From Bugula neritina (Eukaryota; Animalia; Bryozoa): a stretch of DNA of 64,000 bases. A program made the translations under genes and the position numbers. Positions within the stretch are counted from its first letter, which is position 1; every line of letters starts with the position of its first letter. The DNA is taken from assembly GCA_964035545.1 (NCBI GenBank), contig CAXIUT010000183.1:124001-188000 (forward strand). The letters are read 5' to 3'. Of this stretch, positions 32,201-46,200 are shown piece by piece. The notes under the pieces are model-generated. The model was not told the origin of the DNA, did no database searches, and was given only the letters and a program-made list of their open reading frames with translations.

Positions 32201-32774
32201 ACATTGCAACAAACTACAACATATTGAAATCCACTGCAACACATTGAAAGACACTGCAACACATTGAAATATACTGCAACATACCAAAATATATGGTAAA
32301 CTGCTGAAATATACTTTAACACATTGAAAAACACTGCAACATACTGAAATATACTGTAACACACTGAAATATACTGCAACATACTGAAATACACTGCTAG
32401 ATACTGAAATGTACTGCAACATACTGCAACATTCTGAAATACACTGTAACATACTGAAATACACTGCAACAAACCACAACATATTGAAATACACTGCAAC
32501 ACATTGAAATAGACTGCAACCTACCTAAATATACGGTAATATACCGAAAAAAAAACTGTAACAGATTGAAAAATTCTGCAACATACTGAAATAAACTGCA
32601 ACACACTGAAATACACCGCAAAATACTACAACATACTGAAATACACTGTAACATATTGAAATACACCGCAACACTTTGAAATATACTGCAACATACCGAA
32701 ATATATGGTAAACTACTAAAATATACTGTAACACTTTGAAAAATAGTGCAACATACTGAAATATACTGCGACAC
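26230..32774 (+). repeat. Block duplication, offset 3,534 bp (~26230-29240 copied at ~29765-32774)
   Basis: agtgaaacac at 26247/29781. A tracts at 28281/31815 and 29013/32547. ORF pairs 27025/30559 and 28259/31793. Confidence 0.9.
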
Positions 32775-35700
32775 TTTGCAATGTACTGTAACATACTGAA
32801 ATATGCTGTAGCACACTGAAATACACTGCAACTCACTGAAATATACTGCAACATATTGAAATACACTGCAACATTCTACAACATGCTAAAATACACTGTA
32901 ACATATTGAAATACACTACAACACATTGAAATATACTGCAACATACCGGAATATATGGTAAACTACTGAAATATACTGTAACACACTGAAAAATACTGCA
33001 ACATACTGAAATATACTGCGACACATTGCAATATACTGCAACATACCAAAATATATGGTAAACTACTGAAATATACTTTAACACATTGAAAAATACTGCA
33101 ACATACTGAAATATACTGTAACACACTGAAATATACTGCAACAAACTGAAATACACTGTAACATACTGAAATAAACTGCAACATACCAAAATATATGGTA
33201 AACTACTGAAATATACTTTAACACATTGAAAAATACTGCAACATACTAAAATATACTGTAACACACTGCAAGATACTGCAACATACCGAAATACACTGTA
33301 ACATACTGAAACACACTGCAACATACTGCATTATACTGACATACACTGGAACATATTGAAATACACTGCAACATCCTACAACATGCTGAAATACACTGTA
33401 ACATATTGAAATACACTGCAACACAATGAAATATACTGCAACATACCAAAATATATGGTAAACTACTGAAATATACTTTAACACATTGAAAAATACTGCA
33501 ATATACTGAAATATACTGTAACACACTGAAATATACTGCAACATACTGAAATACACTGTAACATACTGAAATAAACTGCAACATACTGAAATACACTGCA
33601 ACATCCTACAACATACTGAAATACACTGCAACATCCTACAACATACTGAATTACACTGTAACATTGTGAAATACACTGCAACACATTGAAAAATACTGCA
33701 ACATACCGAAATATACGGTAAACTATTGAATTATACTGTAACACATTGAAAAATACTGAAACACACTGAAATATACTCTGACACAATGCAATATACTCTA
33801 ACATACAGAAATATGCTGTAGCACACTGAAATACACTGCAACTCACTGAAATATACTACAACATACTGAAAAACACTGTAACATATTGAAACATACTGCA
33901 ACATACTACAACATATTGAAATACACTGCAACACATTGAAATATACTGCAACATACCTAAATATCCGGTAATATACTGAAATATACTGTAACACATTGAA
34001 AAATACTACAACATACTGAAATACACTGTAACATATTGAAATACACTGCAACATACTGAAACAAACTGCGACACATTGCAATATACATTAACATACATAA
34101 ACATGCTGTAGCACACTGAAATAGACTGCAGCTCACTGAAATATACTGCAACATACTGAAATACACTGCTACATACTGAAATATACTGCAACATACTGCA
34201 ACATACTGAAATACACTGTAACATACTGCAATACACAGCAACAAACTACAACATATTGAAATACACTGCAACACATTGAAATATACTGCAACATACCTAA
34301 ATATACGGTAATATACCGAAAAAAAACTGTAACAGATTGAAAAATTCTGCAACATACTGAAATAAACTGCAACACACTGAAATACAGCGCAAAATACTAC
34401 AACATACTGAAATACACTGTAACATATTGAAATACACTGCAACACTTTGAAATATACTGCAACATACCGAAATATATGGTAAACTACTAAAATATACTGT
34501 AACACTTTGAGAAATAGTGCAACACACTGAAATATACTCTGACACATTGCAATATACTGTAACATACTGAAATATGCTGTAGCACACTGAAATACATTGC
34601 AACTCACTGAAATATACTGCAACATACTGAAATACACTGTAACATATTGAAAAATACTGCAACATACTGCAACATACTGAAATACACTGTAACATACTGA
34701 AATACATTGCAAAATACTACAACATACTGAAATACACTGTAACACATTGGAATATACTACAACATACCTAAATATCCGGTAATATACTGAAATATACTGT
34801 AACACATTGAAAAATACTGCAACATACTGAAATACACTGCGACCCACTGAAATACATCGCAAAATACTACAACATACTGAAATACACTGTAACATATTGA
34901 AATACACTGCAACACACTCAAATATACTGCAACCTACAGAAATAGGTGGTAAACTACTGAAATATACTGTAACACATTGAAAAATACTGCAACATACTGA
35001 GATATACTGCGACACATTGCAATATACTGTAACATATTGAAATATGCTCTAGCACACTGAAATACACTGCAACCCACTGAAATATACTGCAACATACGGA
35101 AATACACTGCAACACATTGAAATACACTGCAACATACCAAAATAAATGGTAAACTACTGAAATATACTTTAACACATTGAAAAATACTGCAACATACTGA
35201 AATATACTGTAACACACTGAAATATACTGCAACATACTGAAATACACTGTAACATACTGAAATAAACTGCAACATACTGAAGTACACTGCAACATCCTAC
35301 AACATACTGAAATACAATGTAACATATTGAAACACACTGCAACACATTGAAATATACTGCAATGTACCGAATTATATGGTGGACTACTGAAATATACTGT
35401 AACACATTGCAATATACTGTAACATACTGAAATATGCTGTAGCACACTGAAATACACTGCAACTCACTGAAATATACTGCAACATACTGAAATACACTGC
35501 AACACATTGAAATATACTGCAACCTACAGAAATAGGTGGTAAACTACTGAAATATACTGTAACACATTGAAAAATACTGCAACATACTGAAATATACTGC
35601 GACACATTGTAATATACTGTAACATACTGAAACATACTGTAGAACACTGAAATAGACTGCAGCTCACTGAAATATACTGCATTATACTGAAATTCACTGC

Positions 35701-38700
35701 AGCATCCTACAACATGCTGAAATACACTGTAACATATTGAAATACACTGCAACACAATGAAATATACTGCAACATACCGAAATATATGGTAAACTAATGA
35801 AATACACTGTAACACATTGAAAAATACTGCAACATACTGAAATATACTGTAACACACTGAAATATACTGCAACATACTGAAATACACTGTAACATACTGA
35901 GATAAACTGCAACATACGAAAATATATGGTAAACTACTGAAATATAATTTAACACATTGAAAAATCCTGCAACATACTGAAATATACTGCGACACATTGT
36001 AATATACTGTAACATACTGAAACATACTGTAGAACACTGAAATAGACTGCAGCTCACTGAAATATACTGCATTATACTGAAATTCACTGCAGCATCCTAC
36101 AACATGCTGAAATACACTGTAACATATTGAAATACACTGCAACACAATGAAATATACTGCAACATACCGAAATATATGGTAAACTAATGAAATACACTGT
36201 AACACATTGAAAAATACTGCAACATACTGAAATATACTGTAACACACTGAAATATACTGCAACATACTGAAATACACTGTAACATACTGAGATAAACTGC
36301 AACATACGAAAATATATGGTAAACTACTGAAATATAATTTAACACATTGAAAAATCCTGCAACATACTAAAATATACTGTAACACACTGCAAGATACTGC
36401 AACATACCGAAATACACTGTAACATAGTGAAACACACTGCAACATACTGCATTATACTGACATACACTGGAACATATTGAAATACACTGCAACATCCTAC
36501 AACATGGTGAAATACACTGTAACATATTGAAATACACTGCAACAGATTGAAAAATACTGCAACATACAGAAATATATGGTAAACTATTGAATTATACTGT
36601 AACACATTGAAAAATACTGAAACACACTGAAATATACTTTGACACAATGCAAAATACTGTAACATACTGAAATATGCTGTAGCACACTGAAATACACTGC
36701 AACTCACTGAAATATACTGCAACATACTGAAAAACACTGTAACATATTGAGACATACTGCAACATACTGCAACATTCTGAAATATACTGTAACATACTGA
36801 AATACATTGCAAAATACTGCAACATATTGAAATACACTGCAACACATTGAAATATACTGCAACATACCTAAATATCCGGTAATATACTGAAATATACTGT
36901 AACACATTGAAAAATACTGCAACATACTGAAATACACTGCAACGCACTGAAATACATCGCAAAAGACTACAACATACTGAAATACACTGTGACATAATGA
37001 TATACACTGCAACACATTGAAATATACTGCAACCTATAGAAATATATGTTAAACTACTGAAATATACTGTAACACATTGAAAAATACTGCAACATACTGA
37101 AACATACTGCGACACATTGCAATATACTGTAACATACTGAAACATGCTGTAGCACACTGAAATAGACTGCAGCTCACTGAAATATACTGCAACATACTGA
37201 AATTCACTGCAGCATCCTACAACATGCTGAAATACACTGTAACATATTGAAATACACTGCAACACATTGAAATATACTGCAACATACTGAAATATACTGT
37301 AACACACTGAAACATACTGCAACATACTGAAATACACTGCTACATACTGAAATATACTGCAACATACTGCCACATACTGAAATACACTGTAACATACTGA
37401 AACACACTGCAACATACTGCATTATACTGACTAACACTGGAACATATTGAAATACACTGCAACATCCTACAACATGCTGAAATACACTGTAACATATTGA
37501 AATACACTGCAACACAATGAAATACACTGCAACATACCAAAATATATGGTAAACTACTGAAATATACTTTAACACATTGAAAAATACTGCAACATACTGA
37601 AATATACTGTAACACACTGAAATGTACTGCAACATACTGAAATACACTGTAACATACTGAAATAAACTGTAACATACTGAAATACACTGCAACATCCTAC
37701 AACATACTGAATTACACTGTAACATTGTGAAATACACTGCAACACATTGAAAAATACTGCAACATACCGAAATATACGGTAAACTATTGAATTATACTGT
37801 AACACATTGAAAAATACTGAAACACACTGAAATATACTCTGACACAATGCAATATACTGTAACATACTGAAATATGCTGTAGCACACTGAAATACACTGC
37901 GACTCACTGAAATATACTACAACATACTGAAAAACACTGTAACATATTGAAACATACTGCAACATACTACAACATATTGAAATACACTGCAACACATTGA
38001 AATATACTGCAACATACCTAAATATCCGGTAATATACTGAAATATACTGTAACACATTGAAAAATACTACAACATACTGAAATACACTGTAACATATTGA
38101 AATACACTGCAACACATTGAAATATACTGCAACCTATAGAAATATATGGTAAGCTACTGAAATATACTGTAACACATTGAAAAATACTGCAACATACTGA
38201 AACATACTGCGACACATTGCAATATACAGTAACATACTGAAACATGCTGTAGCACACTGAAATAGACTGCAGCTCACTGAAATATACTGCAACATACTGA
38301 AATACACTGTAACATACTGAAATATACTGCAACATACTGCAACATACTGAAATACACTGCAACATACTGAAATACACTGCAACAAACTACAACATATTGA
38401 AATACACTGCAACACATTGAAATATACTGCAACGTACCTAAATATACGGTAATATACCGAAAAAAAAACTGTAACAGATTGAAAAATTCTGCAACATACT
38501 GAAATAAACTGCAACACACTGAAATACAGCGCAAAATACTACAACATACTGAAATACACTGTAACATATTGAAATACACTGCAACACTTTGAAATATACT
38601 GCAACATACCGAAATATATGGTAAACTACTAAAATATACTGTAACACTTTGAGAAATAGTGCAACACACTGAAATATACTCTGACACATTGCAATATACT

Positions 38701-40245
38701 GTAACATACTGAAATATGCTGTAGCACACTGAAATACATTGCAACTCACTGAAATATACTGCAACATACTGAAATACACTGTAACATATTGAAAAATACT
38801 GCAACATACTGCAACATACTGAAATACACTGTAACATACTGAAATACATTGCAACAAACTACAACATATTGAAATCCACTGCAACACATTGAAAGACACT
38901 GCAACACATTGAAATATACTGCAACATACCAAAATATATGGTAAACTGCTGAAATATACTTTAACACATTGAAAAACACTGCAACATACTGAAATATACT
39001 GTAACACACTGAAATATACTGCAACATACTGAAATACACTGCTAGATACTGAAATGTACTGCAACATACTGCAACATTCTGAAATACACTGTAACATACT
39101 GAAATACACTGCAACAAACCACAACATATTGAAATACACTGCAACACATTGAAATAGACTGCAACCTACCTAAATATACGGTAATATACCGAAAAAAAAA
39201 CTGTAACAGATTGAAAAATTCTGCAACATACTGAAATAAACTGCAACACACTGAAATACACCGCAAAATACTACAACATACTGAAATACACTGTAACATA
39301 TTGAAATACACCGCAACACTTTGAAATATACTGCAACATACCGAAATATATGGTAAACTACTAAAATATACTGTAACACTTTGAAAAATAGTGCAACATA
39401 CTGAAATATACTGCGACACTTTGCAATGTACTGTAACATACTGAAATATGCTGTAGCACACTGAAATACACTGCAACTCACTGAAATATACTGCAACATA
39501 TTGAAATACACTGCAACATCCTACAACATGCTAAAATACACTGTAACATATTGAAATACACTACAACACATTGAAATATACTGCAACATACCGGAATATA
39601 TGGTAAACTACTGAAATATACTGTAACACACTGAAAAATACTGCAACATACTGAAATATACTGCGACACATTGCAATATACTGCAACATACCAAAATATA
39701 TGGTAAACTACTGAAATATACTTTAACACATTGAAAAATACTGCAACATACTGAAATATACTGTAACACACTGAAATATACTGCAACAAACTGAAATACA
39801 CTGTAACATACTGAAATAAACTGCAACATACCAAAATATATGGTAAACTACTGAAATATACTTTAACACATTGAAAAATACTGCAACATACTAAAATATA
39901 CTGTAACACACTGCAAGATACTGCAACATACCGAAATACACTGTAACATACTGAAACACACTGCAACATACTGCATTATACTGACATACACTGGAACATA
40001 TTGAAATACACTGCAACATCCTACAACATGCTGAAATACACTGTAACATATTGAAATACACTGCAACACAATGAAATATACTGCAACATACCAAAATATA
40101 TGGTAAACTACTGAAATATACTTTAACACATTGAAAAATACTGCAATATACTGAAATATACTGTAACACACTGAAATATACTGCAACATACTGAAATACA
40201 CTGTAACATACTGAAATAAACTGCAACATACTGAAATACACTGCA
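29765..40245 (+). repeat. Block duplication, offset 6,645 bp (~29765-33600 copied at ~36410-40245)
   Basis: ORF pairs 29947/36592, 31373/38018, 32833/39478 and 33246/39891. Shared gtgacataatgatatac variant at ~30344 and ~36989. Confidence 0.85.
35579..36368 (+). repeat. 390-bp direct tandem duplication (copy of the one at 25.4 kb)
   Basis: Identical ORFs at 35694/36084; same diagnostic variants (agaacactg, aattcactgcagcat, aatataattt). Confidence 0.9.
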
Positions 40246-43200
40246 ACATCCTACAACATGCTGAAATACACTGTAACATATTGAAATACACTGCAACACA
40301 ATGAAATATACTGCAACATACCAAAATATATGGTAAACTACTGAAATATACTTTAACACATTGAAAAATACTGCAATATACTGAAATATACTGTAACACA
40401 CTGAAATAAACTGCAACACACTGAAATACAGCGCAAAATACTACAACATACTGAAATACACTGTAACATATTGAAATACACTGCAACACTTTGAAATATA
40501 CTGCAACATACCGAAATATATGGTAAACTACTAAAATATACTGTAACACTTTGAGAAATAGTGCAACACACTGAAATATACTCTGACACATTGCAATATA
40601 CTGTAACATACTGAAATATGCTGTAGCACACTGAAATACATTGCAACTCACTGAAATATACTGCAACATACTGAAATACACTGTAACATATTGAAAAATA
40701 CTGCAACATACTGCAACATACTGAAATACACTGTAACATACTGAAATACATTGCAAAATACTACAACATACTGAAATACACTGTAACACATTGGAATATA
40801 CTACAACATACCTAAATATCCGGTAATATACTGAAATATACTGTAACACATTGAAAAATACTGCAACATACTGAAATACACTGCGACCCACTGAAGTACA
40901 TCGCAAAATACTACAACATACTGAAATGCACTGTAACATATTGAAATACACTGCAACACATTGAAATATACTGCAACCTACAGAAATAGGTGGTAAACTA
41001 CTGAAATATACTGTAACACATTGAAAAATACTGCAACATACTGAAATGTACTGCAACATACTGAAATACACTGCTAGATACTGAAATGTACTGCAACATA
41101 CTGCAACATTCTGAAATACACTGTAACATACTGAAATACACTGCAACAAACCACAACATATTGAAATACACTGCAACACATTGAAATAGACTGCAACCTA
41201 CCTAAATATACGGTAATATACCGAAAAAAAAACTGTAACAGATTGAAAAATTCTGCAACATACTGAAATAAACTTCAACACACTGAAATACACCGCAAAA
41301 TACTACAACATACTGAAATACACTGTAACATATTGAAATACACTGCAACACTTTGAAATATACTGCGACATACCGAAATATATGGTAAACTACTAAAATA
41401 TACTGTAACACTTTGAAAAATAGTGCAACATACTGAAATATACTGCGACACTTTGCAATGTACTGTAACATACTGAAATATGCTGTAGCACACTGAAATA
41501 CACTGCAACTCACTGAAATATACTGCAACATATTGAAATACACTGCAACATCCTACAACATGCTAAAATACACTGTAACATATTGAAATACACTACAACA
41601 CATTGAAATATACTGCAACATACCGGAATATATGGTAAACTACTGAAATATACTGTAACACACTGAAAAATACTGCAACATACTGAAATATACTGCGACA
41701 CATTGCAATATACTGCAACATACCAAAATATATGGTAAACTACTGAAATATACTTTAACACATTGAAAAATACTGCAACATACTAAAATATACTGTAACA
41801 CACTGCAAGATACTGCAACATACCGAAATACACTGTAACATACTGAAACACACTGCAACATACTGCATTATACCGACATACACTGGAACATATTGAAATA
41901 CACTGCAACATCCTACAACATGCTGAAATACACTGTAACATATTGAAATACACTGCAACACAATGAAATATACTGCAACATACCAAAATACATGGTAAAC
42001 TACTGAAATATACTTTAACACATTGAAAAATACTGCAATATACTGAAATATACTGTAACACACTGAAATATACTTCAACATACTGAAATACACTGTAACA
42101 TACTGAAATAAACTGCAACATACTGAAATACACTGCAACATCCTACAACATACTGAATTACACTGTAACATATTGAAATACACTGCAACACATTGAAAAA
42201 TACTGCAACATACCGAAATATATGGTAAACTATTGAATTATACTGTAACACATTGAAAAATACTGAAACACACTGAAATTTACTCTGACACAATGCAATA
42301 TACTGTAACATACTGAAATATGCTGTAGCACACTGAAATACACTGCAACTCACTGAAATATACTGCAACATACTGAAAAACACTGTAACATATTGAAACA
42401 TACTGCAACATACTACAACATATTGAAATACACTGCAACACATTGAAATATACTGCAACATACCTAAATATCCGGTAATATACTGAAATATACTGTAACA
42501 CATTGAAAAATATTGCAACATACTGAAATACACTGCAACCCACTGAAATACATCGCAAAAGACTACAACATACTGAAATATACTGTAACACACTGAAATA
42601 TACTGCAACATACTGAAATACACTGCAACCTACAGAAATAGGTGGTAAACTACTGAAATATACTGTAACACATTGAAAAATACTGCAACATACTGAAATG
42701 TACTGCAACATACTGAAATACACTGCTAGATACTGAAATGTACTGCAACATACTGCAACATTCTGAAATACACTGTAACATACTGAAATACACTGCAACA
42801 AACCACAACATATTGAAATACACTGCAACACATTGAAATAGACTGCAACCTACCTAAATATACGGTAATATACCGAAAAAAAAACTGTAACAGATTGAAA
42901 AATTCTGCAACATACTGAAATAAACTTCAACACACTGAAATACACCGCAAAATACTACAACATACTGAAATACACTGTAACATATTGAAATACACTGCAA
43001 CACTTTGAAATATACTGCAACATACCGAAATATATGGTAAACTACTAAAATATACTGTAACACTTTGAAAAATAGTGCAACATACTGAAATATACTGCGA
43101 CACTTTGCAATGTACTGTAACATACTGAAATATGCTGTAGCACACTGAAATACACTGCAACTCACTGAAATATACTGCAACATATTGAAATACACTGCAA

Positions 43201-46200
43201 CATCCTACAACATGCTAAAATACACTGTAACATATTGAAATACACTACAACACATTGAAATATACTGCAACATACCGGAATATATGGTAAACTACTGAAA
43301 TATACTGTAACACACTGAAAAATACTGCAACATACTGAAATATACTGCGACACATTGCAATATACTGCAACATACCAAAATATATGGTAAACTACTGAAA
43401 TATACTTTAACACATTGAAAAATACTGCAACATACTGAAATATACTGTAACACACTGAAATATACTGCAACAAACTGAAATACACTGTAACATACTGAAA
43501 TAAACTGCAACATACCAAAATATATGGTAAACTACTGAAATATACTTTAACACATTGAAAAATACTGCAACATACTAAAATATACTGTAACACACTGCAA
43601 GATACTGCAACATACCGAAATACACTGTAACATACTGAAACACACTGCAACATACTGCATTATACCGACATACACTGGAACATATTGAAATACACTGCAA
43701 CATCCTACAACATGCTGAAATACACTGTAACATATTGAAATACACTGCAACACAATGAAATATACTGCAACATACCAAAATATATGGTAAACTACTGAAA
43801 TATACTTTAACACATTGAAAAATACTGCAATATACTGAAATATACTGTAACACACTGAAATATACTTCAACATACTGAAATACACTGTAACATACTGAAA
43901 TAAACTGCAACATACTGAAATACACTGCAACATCCTACAACATACTGAATTACACTGTAACATATTGAAATACACTGCAACACATTGAAAAATACTGCAA
44001 CATACCGAAATATATGGTAAACTATTGAATTATACTGTAACACATTGAAAAATACTGAAACACACTGAAATTTACTCTGACACAATGCAATATACTGTAA
44101 CATACTGAAATATGCTGTAGCACACTGAAATACACTGCAACTCACTGAAATATACTGCAACATACTGAAAAACACTGTAACATATTGAAACATACTGCAA
44201 CATACTACAACATATTGAAATACACTGCAACACATTGAAATATACTGCAACATACCTAAATATCCGGTAATATACTGAAATATACTGTAACACATTGAAA
44301 AATATTGCAACATACTGAAATACACTGCAACCCACTGAAATACATCGCAAAAGACTACAACATACTGAAATATACTGTAACACACTGAAATATACTGCAA
44401 CATACTGAAATACACTGAAACATACTGAAATAAACTGCAATATACCAAAATATATGGTAAACTACTGAAATATACTGTAACACACTGAAAAATACTGCAA
44501 CATACTGAAATATACTGCGACACATTGCAATATACTGCAACATACCAAAATATATGGTAAACTACTGAAATACACTTTAACACATTGAAAATTACTGCAA
44601 CATACTGAAATATACTGTAACACACTGAAATATCCTGCAACAAACTGAAATACACTGTAACATATTGAAATAAACTGCAACATACCAAAATATATGGTAA
44701 ACTACTGAAATATACTTTAACACATTGAAAAATACTGCAACATACTAAAATATACCGTAACACACTGCAAGATACTGCAACATAACGAAATACACTGTAA
44801 CATACTGAAACACACTGCAACATACTGCATTATACTGACTAACACTGGAACATATTGAAATACACTGCAACATCCTACAACATGCTGAAATACACTGTAA
44901 CATATTGAAATACACTGCAACACAATGAAATACACTGCAACATACTGAAATACACTGCAACAAACTACAACATATTGAAATACACTGCAACACATTGAAA
45001 TATACTGCAACATACTTAAATATACGGTAATATACCGAAAAAAAAATTGTAACAGATTGAAAAATTCTGCAACATACTGAAATAAACTGCAACACACTGA
45101 AATACAGCGCAAAATACTACAACATACTGAAATACACTGTAACATATTGAAATACACTGCAACACTTTGAAATATACTGCAACATACCGAAATATATGGT
45201 AAACTACTAAAATATACTGTAACACTTTGAGAAATAGTGCAACACACTGAAATATACTCTGACACATTGCAATATACTGTAACATACTGAAATATGCTGT
45301 AGCACACTGAAATACATTGCAACTCACTGAAATATACTGCAACATACTGAAATACACTGTAACATATTGAAAAATACTGCAACATACTGCAACATACTGA
45401 AATACACTGTAACATACTGAAATACATTGCAACAAACTACAACATATTGAAATCCACTGCAACACATTGAAAGACACTGCAACACAATGAAATATACTGC
45501 AACATACCAAAATATATGGTAAACTGCTGAAATATACTTTAACACATTGAAAAACACTGCAACATACTGAAATATACTGTAACACACTGAAATATACTGC
45601 AACATACTGAAATACACTGCTAGATACTGAAATGTACTGCAACATACTGCAACATTCTGAAATACACTGTAACATACTGAAATACACTGCAACAAACCAC
45701 AACATATTGAAATACACTGCAACACATTGAAATAGACTGCAACCTACCTAAATATACGGTAATATACCGAAAAAAAAACTGTAACAGATTGAAAAATTCT
45801 GCAACATACTGAAATAAACTGCAACACACTGAAATACACCGCAAAATACTACAACATACTGAAATACACTGTAACATATTGAAATACACTGCAACACTTT
45901 GAAATATACTGCAACATACCGAAATATATGGTAAACTACTAAAATATATTGTAACACTTTGAAAAATAGTGCAACATACTGAAATATACTGCGACACTTT
46001 GCAACGTACTGTAACATACTGAAATATGCTGTAGCACACTGAAATACACTGCAACTCACTGAAATATACTGCAACATATTGAAATACACTGCAACATCCT
46101 ACAACATGCTAAAATACACTGTAACATATTGAAATACACTACAACACATTGAAATATACTGCAACATACCGGAATATATGGTAAACTACTGAAATATACT

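Larger units (their letters stand above)
23450..39420 (+). repeat. Block duplication, offset 10,180/10,179 bp (~23450-29240 copied at ~33630-39420)
   Basis: ORF pairs 23551/33731, 24755/34934, 25205/35384 and 28567/38746. The offset drops by 1 exactly at the A8 tract at 34319. The block contains the same internal 390-bp duplication. Confidence 0.9.
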
